Notes: generated by a model not told the origin, from the sequence alone. A DNA stretch of 64,000 bases from Camelus ferus (GCF_009834535.1 NC_045696.1:100256001-100320000), one strand, 5' to 3'; shown: positions 14,031 through 29,237, counted from the stretch's first letter. A program made the numbers and translations.

Positions 14031-14842
14031 AAAAAAAAATTAAATTTTTTGCACAATTTTTACAAGCTTTCCTGTCTGGTTTGACTTCCTGTTTGACGGT
14101 TGCTTAGAAGTAACTATGTTATGGAGATAAACACTGACAATAGCAGAAAGTGATACTAGGATCTGCAGTCAGGGAGGGGAGCTCAGAAAGAGAGAACCCC
14201 AAATGCAAAAACCATAATACTTGGAATCATATTATGTATCGCAGGTAATTCATTCCTTAATGTTCCTCATGATAACACCACAGACTCGGCCAGGAAAAGC
14301 ATACATCATAATCAGTGTCCCCTGATAAGACGCAGGGAAGTAACTCTTTTAGGAAGAATCCTGTGCAAATCAAGTTTAAAAAGTATTAAATACCTAAAGA
14401 GTTATGCACTTATATCCAAGAATCACTTACAACTGAGTTGTTGGATAAACAGGATTTTACACTGTGGGTTGTATGTTTGTATGTGTGTGCAAAAAACATT
14501 TTGATTTGTAAAAAAAGTTGTTGATAAACACATTGGGGTACATTATGTTTCCTTTTCAGAGAGGATTAAATGCTGAATTATAAATTGTCATTCTGACCGG
14601 TTATTTTATGCTTTGAAGTATTTAGTGGCTTGAAAATATATTCCAGTTGCCCTAAAATTTTTAATGTTGATCTACCCATGAATTTCTGTGTTGATGAATT
14701 GACCCTTTTGAAATTTAAGGCAGTATTTACCCTTTTGGATATTGTCTTACTATTTTGATTAGAAAAGTGTTTTAGAGAAACTTAGATTACATATGAGTTC
14801 TATGTTAACATTTTTCAACTAGCAAATATTTATTTTTATTAA

Positions 14843-15055
<213 letters not shown>

Positions 15056-16833
15056 TAGCAGACTGAGGGAACTTACACAAGGTTATTTTCTACACCATAT
15101 AAACTTTCAGTTCTAAGTAATTCTTTTCTTTTAAAGGAGTCACATAGGAAACAACCTGGGTGAAAATTAGAAATAATCAATATTAGTTACAGTCACAAAT
15201 GTGATGTTTAGTAATTGTTTTTGGCCTATTTTTCTATTCAAAGCTAGATGAAATTGTGATAGATCTATAAAATTTGGAAATGTTTATTTTCTGCAGGTAT
15301 TTTTAAAGTAGAATTTCATAAGACTTCTAACCTAAAAAGTTTCTGCAAACAGAGTTAGAAGTTCTTAGAATTTGAAAGAAATTTCAGAGGTACGAATTAT
15401 TCCGTAGCCAGATCTGTGATTTTATTTAGTGCTGAACTATTACTGGGCAGCAGCTGTTTTCACTTAACTGAATTGAAATGGGAAAAAGACACCATCTACA
15501 CCAGCTAATAATGATATTAATCTTTATTTATTACTACTGCTGCTGCTCCTGCTGCTGCCACTACTACTAAAAGCATTATTGATACTTCCTCTAATAGCCC
15601 ACCTTTAATGAGTGCTTACTAAGTGCCAGGTACTGTTTATGTGTGTTCACATATCTTAACACAGTTATTTTTCTTAACAGAATGGTTAAAAGTGAAATGT
15701 TAGAGTAAAATATATAAGAAGTCTGTTATGCTGTACAAACCCATCCTTTGTATAATTTGTGAGTTTAAGAATTCAGTTATTACTTCAAAATCTCAGACCA
15801 CTCAGTATTGATCTTATAATTCTATACTCAAAAATACTAAGGCACATGGCACATGGATTTGATTTTCAACATTTCTTTGCCCGACTGTCTTTATCAGGCA
15901 GCTAGGATTATAAATTACAAGACTTTTTTCTATTAAATATTTGATCTTGTTAGTTATTGATACTGAATTATCATAATATGTCAAGTCTAACTAATATTAT
16001 TTCTAATAGTGTAGGTATTCTAAACAAAACAGAATGTCAGTGTGTCTGGTTAACATTCTATTTTAGTAGGAGCCGGGAAAGACAAACCACAATCATTATT
16101 TTGCATGAAGTGTATTTACAGACTATGTGTCACTTTTCCATAGGAAAGAGAAAGGCCACATCTTGTCTTCACAAGCCTGGAGTGTTGTGAAATAGTTTTT
16201 TTGTTTGTGTTTTGATTTTTGATAGAGAATAGTCAGTCTATAAATTTCCTCTTAGAGGAATTGTGTGAGCGTTCCTCAGAAATTGTGCGACATCACTACA
16301 GTTGACTTCATCTTAGAAATAATTCTAGCAGAGCTTCAGATATTGTTACCTTATTTGGAAAATGTTGGCACATTATAAGTTAGATTTCCCCCTCAAAATA
16401 AATCGGACATGTTTTAAATTTGTAACACGTACTTGTCTCAGAGGGGCTGCACTCCTGTTAGGCAGTGAGACAGAGCGCTGTGGTGCTTACCTTCCATTCT
16501 GTTTTCTAAAATAGTTAAAAGACCAGAAGAGTGTGCAGTGTTGCCAGAGCTAGCACAACACATTTTAAAAGTTAAAAGAGAAAAAAAAGAATGGAAACAT
16601 ACTTTAAAGTAATTCAGGACTGAACTTTAGGAAAACTGGCCTATTTACAAATATCTCAGCCCATCTTCATACATTTTTTTTAATTCAGCAGATATTTTTC
16701 GCATAACTTAATGCACCAGGGACTATCAGGTCTGCCTAATATTGAAAATACTTGATTTCACTTAGTATAAGTTCTGAAATATTAAAATAATTAAGGTAGT
16801 TTCACTTTTTTGGATAATAAGTATGGTACTTTT

Positions 16834-16964
16834 TTGATGATTGAAAATTATTTTCTTAATTGAAGTATAGTCAGTTTACAATGTTGTGTCAATTTCTGGT
16901 GTACAGCATGTTTCATACATATACATACATATATTCCTTTTCATATTCTGTTTCATTATAGGTT
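16834..16964 (-). mobile_element. 131-bp 5'-truncated L1 3' end with 16-bp TSD
   Basis: TAAGTATGGTACTTTT repeated at 16818-16833 and 16965-16980; body attgaagtatagtcagtttacaatgttgtg. Confidence 0.88.
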
Positions 16965-17224
16965 TAAGTATGGTACTTTTAAAAGTTGTTTTTATACTTT
17001 TATTAGCATTTTCAATTACTTTTCCTTCTTTTTTTCAGTCTTTAAAGTGAACATCATTTTATCAACAGTGTACTTATTTAAGAAAACGTGAGGGGAGGAG
17101 ATTCCTCTCTATTTTATTTTAGTTTTTGGACTAACTATATGTGTGCTAAATGAACTTTATTGTTTTATGTGCCATGCCAAGCCCAAAACACATAATTCTG
17201 TGTGGCAAATTTAAAAGTGAATAA

Positions 17225-17383
<159 letters not shown>

Positions 17384-19039
17384 TAAGTTACTTGATTTAA
17401 TCTTTTAATGTAAAACACCTTTAGCTAATGATTTGGTCTTGCTGGTATTATATTGAATTTTTAAAAATGTTTACCTTTTTTATGTTGAATGGAAATGTGA
17501 AGACCTGGAGACTCCTTGGGACCTTGCAATACTAGTGTAAAATTGATCTTTAAGTAGTTGTTCTTAAAGTTGTAAATCTTCAAACACACAAGCTCACTGT
17601 TGTGGGATATACTAAGAGACAATAAATGATTATCACTCGTAGCCATCTGATGGTTCTTAGAAGAGGAAGACTCTTTAAAGTTTGCAGAGGGAATTTAGTT
17701 TAAGTAACTTATTTGGTGGCCAGGATGAAAGTTGTTTGATAGCTTATACAATTTATAAATGAACAAACAAAAGCAACACCAACAACCAGTCCTTCCAGCA
17801 TCTCCTATTGCAAGAGATTTTTGTGTGAAATAGCTAATATTCTGCTTTAAAGAGAAGTCTCTTCACCGATATGATTTCCAGTTCTAGAGTTTGAAAAGAA
17901 TATACTTGCTACAAAATGTGTGTGTGACTAATATTTATTCCAGAGACAACAGTTGATATTTTTTAAAACTTAAAAGTAATCACAATTGCAGCAGTTTTTT
18001 TTCCCCCCTAAGGTAATATTAGAGAAGAATGCCATTCTTTTTTTTAATACTGATGATGGACTAGGGTGGTTGAGACATTAAGTGCTTTGCCTAATTTCTC
18101 AGATGCATGAGCTCAATTTAACAGGGAGAGCATTCTTTCATGACTAAAGATACATGCCCTTAAATTTGGAAAAATAATCACATACTTGTTGAACAGCTGA
18201 GTGGTAAAAAGATATTTTGCTTGTGAAAATAGTAATAGTACCTTTTGAATGATGTAAATAAATATATGATAAAGGCACGTGTTAGCTGCAGTTAAGAAGC
18301 ATGAAAGCTGACAGAACACTATTAAGCCCATATTCCGTTGTTTCAGAGTACTTTCATTGTCTCTGGGATGCTTTGTGTAGACCATATGCCTGATACTGTG
18401 TGGATAGTGGAAATAGAGAACACCTATTTCATTTAGGTTGCTTTAGGCACTGGTGTTTTCTGTCCAACCTCCTGACATTGTTGTCTAAAGTGTAAGGAAA
18501 AGAATAAGGTAGAGGTTTTTTTATTTAGTTAGTAGAATACACTTTGTGTACAAAAACTATACAAGGGAATGACTTCCTGTAGTGTGTGTGTGTGTGTGTG
18601 TCTGTTTTCTATCAAACTTGAAACACTGCACACTACCCCTGATTAATTTCTGAATGCAGCAGACACATTGCATATATTTTCATGACCGTTAACTTTGAGG
18701 CTCATCTAGTTAAGACAGAATGATATTAAGTATATTAGTTTTAATGTCTGACTACATTTCCTTGGTCAAGATCTTCCCTTTCTGTGCTCTAAAAGCAAAA
18801 GGCATATCCCTTCAGGTGAAACTTCTGTTACACTGTTTGTAGGAAATGAGTCATGTTCTGAGTAAGGCAACAAGCTTGGGAAAGAATGAAGGATAAACAG
18901 TGTCTCCCAGCACTCCTGTGCTTCTAGCTGTTTCTTTGTATCTTCCTTTTTCTACAAACAATTGAGGTATATTAATGAATTTCAAAAGACTGTATTTTAG
19001 GAGAATTTTAGGCTGTTTTAAGTGATGTGCTCATAAATG

Positions 19040-19222
19040 TCTAACAGCTGGTTCTTGGGGTTGGAGGATGCCCTGATTGGTGGTGTTTGCCCATTTTTGT
19101 ATTCTAAATATTTCTACCATGGCTGATTTCAAGCTTCCAATGTGAAGTCACCGAGTGTAGACTTGGGAAAGTAAGCTGAATGCTCTGGGGAACGAATGTG
19201 AGCTGGCTGCAGTATGCTACTG
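19040..19222. mobile_element. hAT-Tip100 (Zaphod-like) DNA transposon fragment
   Basis: ccatggctgatttcaagcttccaatgtgaagtcaccgag...gagctggctgcagtatgctactg resembles recalled consensus; not verified. Confidence 0.45.
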
Positions 19223-19509
19223 GTTGTATGTGATATTTTTACTATTAAACTGCTTGATCTTAAATGTACAACACAATAGTATACTCTATCAACAAAGTGA
19301 GGGATGACAGCCAAAATGCCAAACATATCAACATGAAAATAAAGTTTATGTAGGGAGGTAGTGATTTATCTTATAAAATACAGCATTTACCAAGTAGTCT
19401 CATATATGTAAGTATATACATATATATGTATATCACATATATATATGTGTGTATATATGTCAGATAGCATTAAATGTGCTTGCATTTTCTGTGTAACTTG
19501 ATTCAGTAA

Positions 19510-19866
<357 letters not shown>

Positions 19867-20518
19867 TAGGTACTAGCCAATTTTTTTGATTCTATATTGA
19901 AAAATTGGGAACAATACGGAGACTGATTTACCTTTAGAACATTTACCTGTAGAAACAACTTGAAAAAAGTTAGGCTTGGTTCCTAGGCTAACTCATGAGC
20001 AACAGTAAGATTTTGATAATAAACATGGATTTGTTACAGATCAGCTTTGCATTTATTTTTACGAATTCTCCTTTACTACCATCTGAAATTATGTAGTGAA
20101 CACCTGACCTAATTAAAGTTAATTAGAGAAAGCCCTGGTGAAATGACCATTTACACATTTGAGAAAAACATACTTTTGTCCTGAAATTAGTGTTCATATT
20201 TTCTTTATCATTTTTAATCCCATACTCGCAAAAAGTAGGTTCCTAACCACTGTATTGGGAAAAGGATTGAAATACGTAGTTTATTTAATCTGGGTGGAAA
20301 ATTAATGATACATCACTATTCTACAGCTATACTTTCATTATAAAACTTAAATGATTGTAAAAAATAGCTTGTTTTTCAAAATGTGTAAATATGTCTTAAA
20401 ACACATTTATATGGTTTTGTTTTAGAAATGATTGGGTTATTTTTTTCAAATTTATGTAAGCAAATGTGATTTGGGGAAAAATCAGAAAAGTTGGCAAGTA
20501 CTCTTCTAGTTTAATAAG

Positions 20519-21869
20519 GCATGTGTTGTGGAATATGTTTTTCCTACAAACCTATGTCCACTGTTACACTGAATATCCTGTACCTGTGATTGTAATTTGT
20601 GCTCATGTTTGGCTTATTTGACTCAACAGCGCATCCTGGAATGGCCTCTGTCACACATTTTTTCCTTTGTCTTAATTTTGTATCTAATGAAAATTCTACT
20701 AAGGAATGAGCTTGGATTTATGTTTGACCAAAAGAAAAAAAAGGGCTGGAGTTGTTTGTGTGCGCTGTAAGCTTTGCTCGTTCTGCATGTTGTCTGTGAA
20801 GGACGTTTTGGAATGTCAGCTTTTGATCAAGGGCTGCTGTTTTTACTTACCTAAGAATACCTGAGGGAGTGGCTGTGCCCATCAACTTACCCAGTCCTTC
20901 TCTTCATTTTAGACTTTACAAAGGGAAAAAGACTCCCCTACTCCGGAAACATTCCAAATGCTCAGCCCCCCAAAGGTGTTATTTTTATTTATTTATTTAT
21001 TTTTGTTTATTTAATTTTGTTTATCAATTAAAATATGATATGTTATATTGCCTAGCAGTAAAGTGCCTTTAAGAGCCTTCTTTCCATTTAGCGAGGTGTA
21101 AAATCTCAGTATTCCTTGGTCCTGAATCTGTATGTGTGTGTGTGTGTTTTGCGTGTTAGGGGTGGGCATTGTGTGATATTCCACTCTTAGTTTTTTGGGC
21201 TGATTTACACTGTATGGTTGACAGATGAGAAAGTTAAATCCAAATTACTTTCACAAGTTTTTCCAGTTTTTGCTTTTTTAAGGGGAAGAAGAGGTAGAAG
21301 TAAGTATAAAGTACATCCTGATTAAAATGAGATTTGGGTACTCTCACTAATTTTTTTTTTTGTATTAATAACTAACTCTTTTACCATTAAAACAGGTACA
21401 GAAAGAAACAACCTTACCTAAAGGTGTTTGACACATTTATTTAGACTTGGGGCAAGGACATGAGACTGATTTTCTTTAGCTGCCTCATAACGCAGGAGTA
21501 ATTTCTGTGTTCAGTCTTTAAGCATCAGGACAATAAAAGTATGAAACAGACTGACAAAATAATACTGACATTTAAACTCTTGTTTAAAAAGTTGTATCTT
21601 CTTTGAAAGGGAAAGAAGCCAAAAGAGGAACAATTAATTGCACTTCAGTGTCTCAAAAACATTTCTGCTTTCAAACAGGATTTTTTTTTTCTGATGTCTG
21701 CATCTAGGACCAGTGAGAAAGGGACAAAAACAGTCATTCTTTCTCTTCTTTTTCTCAGTTGAGTGTCAGTGCTATCAATTAGTTTTGTGTGGTGTCTGAA
21801 TTCATAATCAGAATTGTATTTCTTTCATTTTAAATCATGCATGTTTTATATGAAAAATAAAAATGCATG
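20519..21869 (+). promoter_or_regulatory. Splicing regulatory elements around exon 13A (RBFOX motifs, U-rich TIA1-type tract)
   Basis: GCATG at 20519; TGCATG at 20784, 21838 and 21864; U-rich run 20978-21022 directly after the weak AAG|gtgtta donor. Confidence 0.65.
20913..20975 (+). CDS. PLOD2: PLOD2 alternative exon 13A (exon 14; 63 nt, defines long isoform LH2b)
   Basis: ttttag|ACT...AAG|gtgtta; [21 protein letters not shown], the known 21-aa LH2b insert; symmetric phase 0/0. Confidence 0.97.
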
Positions 21870-21987
21870 TTCCTGAATGAGATATAAACATTGAAATTAG
21901 TATCTCTTGTATATTCTTCCTGTGGTTAAGTTTATTTTCTTGTATTTTCCTCCAAGATTATTAACACTGTTATTTTTTGGCATATAG

Positions 21988-22182
<195 letters not shown>

Positions 22183-24191
22183 TGAAACTGTGATAAGAGG
22201 CTTTAAAACAGTATTTTTAATTATATTTTTTAAAGATAGAATTAATTAATCTCTTGACTAAGAACTTTCTTTTTAAAGACTAATTAGGTTTGAGGAAGGG
22301 AATTATCAGTTTCTTTGATTTCTCCCAGTATTTATTTCTGTTTCATATATTCAAGAGCACCAACAAATTTTTAATAACAATTTCAGAAAAAAAAATGTTT
22401 ACAGGTAGCTCACAGATGACAATATTACATTTGACTTTCAGGAAGAAAATTCAAGAAGTTTGGGAAAATGCATTTTATTTTATCATTTTGTTTATTTTTT
22501 ATAATAATTTTGTTAAATTATACCAAAGATAGAAAAAATTAGAGTAAGTGTACTAAGCATATATATAGATAGTCTAAGTTGAGGAAACTGTTTCCTTGTA
22601 AAGTCCAAAATTATTTCTTTTCTTAAAGATTTGAATTATGCAGGAATTAATTCTATTTTTGTCTTAATGGGTCGATTTGCTTTAGTCAAGTTGGCACCTG
22701 TATTCAAGGGAAAATAACTCTCCTGAGTCTCTGTAGTTCTACGGTTTTCTCCTTGCCAACAGTAAGAGTTTTAAATTACAAAGACTCAATTCTGATCCAC
22801 TGATCAGAACTGTCTTTTATTTTATAGTGGTACTTGACAGCTGGGAATAGTAAATTTAATGGTCTCTGGACCACTGTTGAATGGAAAAAGAGTATCTTTT
22901 GACTTTCTATGTATTTTAAAAAGTACTTTTGTTCCATTTTAGCTGCGTATCTCCATCTGTCACAGAAGTAGAGTTGAAAAGAGGCTTTTTTAAATGGTGA
23001 GGGTGGAATTACATATTTTATTTACTTTGGTACAGAATCTCTTAGTATTTTGAGAGATAGAATTATTTGATTTCTTGGGTAATAGCTTCCTGAAAAAAAG
23101 TCCCAAATTATATCCCGAAATGTAGATATTTGTGTAAGAATTCAAATTTTGGAGAGTATTCAAGGAAAATATCAGAAATAGTAATTAGGAGCTACTTTTC
23201 TTTCCATGACTTTGCTTTGTTTTTGGTAATTAGCCTGATTGATACGCTTCTTGGGAGATACCCAATAGCAAATAAAGACTGTCCCATTATCTGAACTCCT
23301 AAGGTGTTAGTAAAGCACAGTGTCTTCAGGGATACTTGAAAGGCAGTCTAAAATGCAAAGTTAATATTAATGCCTTAATGTAAAATCTTAGGGGCGTTTT
23401 TCTTTAACTTCAAAAAAATCTATGATGATGCCAGGAAAAAAATACTTTAAAATGCTTGAAGATTCTGAAGTGTTATATATGATTGTTTATTTCTAATTTT
23501 CCCCCATATTTTGGAATCAGAGAACCAACCAACATTAAAGGGAATAATGAGATAATACAGTGGTTTGATCCTTATAGTGATATACAATGTATAAATGAAA
23601 TTTATTAAAGAATTTGAAGATAACATTCTTCCAAATCAAAAATATCTGAGCTACGTATAAGCAGAGATCTGAAAAACTAAGAATGGCATATAAGTTACCA
23701 GGGCCCTTCTGAAATCTGGTCTTAAAATATATTTCACATATTTTTTTAAACATATTTTGATTGCAGTTATTTTGAGTCCATATCTCAGTTCTTCCCTGCT
23801 ACCTCCCTATATTTGTACTTGGCAAAGAGAAAATTAAAAATTTTGAAAAAAAAAATTTTGTTAAATGCATTTAAGAAAAAATTGTTTTAGATACTGAATC
23901 ACATTTTAATTTATACCTTTTAAATATTGGGTTTTTACATAAAATACTTAACCCAGGAAAAGGATTCCTATACTGACAAAAGTTGATATACCTTTGTGTG
24001 TGGTTTATGTGTCAGAGATGGGGCTAAGAGAAGAATCAAGTTTATGAATTGGTATGAAGAGGAGCTTTTTCTTAACATATAGTCTTATACTTTAATTTCA
24101 GTAACTAAAAGATATGAAAGTGTTAGTAACCCCATGATCATCCTTCAAAACAAATCTAAAGCTGAAGTGAAGGCAGAAATTGTAAATATGT

Positions 24192-24380
24192 TTTATTTAT
24201 TTATTTTTGCTTTTTTATTTGTTTTGCTTTTTTATTGAAGTGTAGTTGATTTACAGTGTTAATTTTAAGAACACAGTGAAGTGATTCAGTTATACATATA
24301 CATACATATATATAGTTTCTTTTCAGATTATTTTCCATTATATATCATTACAAGAGATTGAATGTAGTTCCCTGTGCTAT
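24192..24380 (-). mobile_element. Short L1 3'-end fragment
   Basis: T-rich tail, attgaagtgtagttgatttacagtgtt...gaatgtagttccctgtgctat; same family as the copies at 16.8, 53.4 and 58.4 kb. Confidence 0.8.
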
Positions 24381-24839
24381 GAAAAAAATCAAAATTATTT
24401 AAGAGTAATTCACTATAAAAGTATAAGTAAGACTACGGTTGATTAATTTGCTAATTTTTACTAATACTTGTTGGTAGGATTATGTTTCTTATCTTTTTCA
24501 CTTTTAAATACACATTTATTTACCTACAGGTCTGGTATTTACATAGAGTATAGCTTACACATATAGTGACAATAAGATTACTCAAATTTTAAAATTCTGA
24601 TTTATAAAACTTCATAAATAAAAATTTTGCTTTTCATAGAATGATGTGAACATACACAGAATCAGGCAAAGTTTAAAAAACAAACTGGTTTCTGAAAATT
24701 CCTATTTTGTCTACTACACATGGTCGTTTATAAATAGAACAGTTTATAAAATGCATATATTTTATATTTGCTATTGAAGTATTTATAAAAAGGCTTTTGC
24801 TTTATTCTGTGCAATTGATTGATTGATTTGTTTTGGTAG

Positions 24840-24971
<132 letters not shown>

Positions 24972-25986
24972 TAATGCAACACTGCTTTGGTAGAGGATGT
25001 TGTGAAAGTTGGAGAAACTATCCTTTAGGTAAAATTCATATGGATTAATTACCAGTTTTACAACCTTAAGGATCATACGATTGTAAAAATGTAGAAAAAT
25101 GGAGATTAACGATAATTTTAAGATTGTGCCTTTTTTAAACCATAGTCCCAAATGTCATAGCTATCTCAGAAATAAGGAATTTTTGGCAGCTCTCTGGTGT
25201 AGGCCTCATTCAATGAAAGTTTGTTTTTGAAAGAAATTGGGCTCCCAGTGTCTCTATCAGAGAGGTCTATTTGAAAATGAACTCTATTTTAGATAAGCGT
25301 CCCAAACTGTTGCCAATATCTTACCTCAGAGAATGTAAAGTATCTTCAGTTCTGAGATGCTCTGTTATTTTGGGTACTGTGAGAAAGGACAAAAAAATAC
25401 TGCCAATTAAACTGTGACACAGTCTTTTCTAGTCATTTAGAATTTTCTATTTTATGCATATTGAAAGAGCCATTTTAGACTTATTAAGGCATAGGTGTCA
25501 TGTCATAGGGCACTGTATACATAATAACTTTTCATTTCAGTGGCCAATGGCAGTATAAATTATTTTAAAAAGGCAAGTCAGCTCAGTAAGTGCAACACCA
25601 ACTAAATGTGCGCATGCAGATGCACACACACAGACACATGCACACACACGAGGTGAGGACAGAATGAATGTTTGACCAGGTGTATGTGCACTGCAATATT
25701 AACAGCTATTTCACGATAGCTGCCTGGCCAGCCACGGCTCTAAGATTTATCTTGATTTCACAGATGTTAAAATGCAAAAAAAGGCTTAGAAATTGTTGGG
25801 GAAAAAAAGCCCCAAACTAGTATTGTTTGTAACAGTAGTGTTAGTAATGTTGGGCAACCTTTTGAAAAAGACATCTAAGTGAGATAAATACTTGAATATT
25901 CTGTCCTAATTCTTTTGAAATGCCAGTTTTTTTCTGAAGACATGAAGTGTTACTCTTTTAATGGTGATGTCATGTTTTATATATAG

Positions 25987-26136
<150 letters not shown>

Positions 26137-27265
26137 TAAGGATGTGGGGTTGATATTTAGAGAACGTAGAGGAGGTTTGTCCTTCTTGTCCATGTGTCTC
26201 TGAGTGCTAGACCTAAATGAAGGGGCTAGCCAAGGCTTCCAAGAGAACTCCGTTTTTAGCCTAATTCTGCCACTCATTGTTTAGCACTTAATTTGTCTAG
26301 GCCTCAGTTTCATCTCCATTTACACTGGATGCTCCTTAAAGGTCAGTGTCCCCAGGCTGGGGATGGGAAGGTAATATATGTCTATTGTGTGATATCGCTC
26401 TTCTCCAAGGCCACTTATTCTCTGTATTTTCACAATGTGCTGTAGTGAAAATAACAAGACAGAGTTTATCTGGTTGACTGCCAAAGCTATTTTTTTTGTG
26501 TGTAAACATAGAAAGAGGGAATCTGTTGAATGCCTTTGGTGTAATGCAGTTTGCATTTACATTCAGAGTCAGAGACTTGGCAGGAAGTGTTACTGTTGGT
26601 GGTTCAGTGTGTTTCTTTTCCTCTGAGAATTCACTGATGCCAGCTCCTTCACAGTACCAAAGAATTTTAGTGGAATACTCTGGAGTATTACTGCTTCTGC
26701 TCAATGGTACACCCTAGCTAGTTAGCTGATCAGGAAGAGGAAGTTCAAAGTACGAGGGAGAACTTGAAGTCAGCAGGTTGTAGCATAATGAAAAGCAATT
26801 GTGGAAGGTCTTTGGGCACCACAATGTAGAAGTGAGGAACGTGGCAGGGAAAGTTTATTTTTAGTGATAGGTAATCCAGAGGGCAGACCAAGCGGAATCT
26901 GTGCTCATCGAGCAGCTAAGACTGCCTCTGAAGGGTCAGGGTAAAAAAACTCAGTTTTAGGGGACACGGGAAAGCTTTGGCAGTCAGTTTTATTTACTGT
27001 CTAATCAGACCTCATGTATCTATTAAGTAAGTAGGAAAGCAGTCTCCTTACTCTGCAATACTTTGCTTTGACGTTGATACAGTTGAAAAGCCATATTATC
27101 AAAGTTGTTTGGATTGTTTTGCAATTAAAGCAGATGGTACACCATAATTGGACTGTTATTTTGATCATCTATTACGACCTCATGATTGAAAAAAATTCTA
27201 AGATGATATAAATGTGAATTGCACATGGAGACCACACTTTATGATGTCATTAATGCTCCTTCTAG

Positions 27266-27481
<216 letters not shown>

Positions 27482-27517
27482 TGATAGATAAGCAAATCCA
27501 TTGCTTTGCTTCTTTAG

Positions 27518-27667
<150 letters not shown>

Positions 27668-27812
27668 TAATTTTCAAAAGTATGTCATTTTGAAAAGGCC
27701 TTTCTTTGCCTTATTTTTTTTGGATTCTGCTTAAGTTGCATTGTCTGAACTTTACCACTCGTTAAAAATTAAACCTAATAACTTGATACATTTATTTGTT
27801 TTATCTTTCTAG

Positions 27813-27968
<156 letters not shown>

Positions 27969-28881
27969 GTTATTTACTTTTCATTGAATTGAATTTTCTT
28001 TTGGAATGGATGACTGGCACGAATATGTCTTTGAAGTTGTGCTTGAGAAGATGAGAGGAATATTTAAATAACTTCCACAGAACAACTTCACTTTGGGCCA
28101 AACATTTGAAAAACTTTATAAAAAAATTGCTTGATATGTCTTAATGTCTGCTCTGAGCCTTAAAACACAGATTGAAGAAGAAGAGAAAGGAAAAGAAAAT
28201 GTAAAAGCGAATATTTATTTCTATGCCTTATTGTCTCTGAGAATAATGACAATTTTCTGAATTTGTGTTTCAGTTGATAAGAGTATTCAGGTACAGATGT
28301 ACAAGTGACAAGTGAGACTAATAATATTTTCTTGTTATAAAGCTGGGAAGAATTTTATTTATCAACTTTTAGACAAAATGGATATAAATGAAAATTTCAA
28401 AAATTACAATTTTTGAAATGCTAGAAAACTGGAGTTCTAACTGAATTTATATGCAGTGAATTCTGTAAGTGCTTTTTTGACCACCTGTGTAGGTCCATTT
28501 ACAGTAGTTCCGGAAGTAATACAAAGAACAATATTACACAATGTTTTTCCTAAAAAAAAAAAAACAGTACAGAATACAACTGAGGTGCCTATCCATTTGA
28601 AACCATGTAGATTGTTGTTTTTTTTTTTAACATTTGCATTAGAAATCAAGCTTTCTATTCCTTCAGATCAGTTTCACAAGGTGGATTATATTAAGTAGAT
28701 GTTAGATTTAGAACAGCTTTAAGGCTTTTCTATTTTTAAAGTACATCAAGTATCGACTTAAGATCAGCAAGTGTACTTAAGTCAAAAGAGATTTTTTTTA
28801 AATTCAAGAAAATAATGAGGAAAAAATTTCATTGAGATTAGTAGCAACATTTTATGATTTTTTTTTTTAAAAAAACTTAAG

Positions 28882-28889
28882 TACTTGAA
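28882..28889 (+). promoter_or_regulatory. miR-26 8mer seed match in PLOD2 3' UTR
   Basis: TACTTGAA is complementary to the miR-26 5' end UUCAAGUA; second 7mer-A1 ACTTGAA at 29161-29167. Confidence 0.6.
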
Positions 28890-28903
28890 TTTTATATCAG
28901 GAA

Positions 28904-28909
28904 AATAAA
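28904..28909 (+). terminator. Proximal polyadenylation signal candidate
   Basis: AATAAA followed by a long pyrimidine/U-rich tract. Confidence 0.55.
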
Positions 28910-29231
28910 GTTGTGAGCCTCTCTTCCCTTTTGCCCTTTGTCTTTTTCCTTATTCTCTTTTAGGGAGGGTTATTCACTTTTTTGTCTTCCCAGCATAGTC
29001 TCCATTTTATCCTTCTTACTCTTTTTATTACCTTCCTTTTATCCCACTTAAAAAAAATTCCCCAACACAAAAAAATGTATGACTTGATTCTTTTTTACCA
29101 TTACTCTGAGTGAGGTTTAAATATCCTTATTGTAGCTACTGTTTCTAATTTAAAGGTTAAACTTGAAAAAGTTTTAAGTCATGGTGCCAAATTTCATTTT
29201 TCTAACACCATGTGTTAGAAAATTATGAAAA

Positions 29232-29237
29232 ATAAAA
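29232..29237 (+). terminator. Distal polyadenylation signal
   Basis: AATAAA with GU-rich element ~15-35 nt downstream. Confidence 0.7.
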
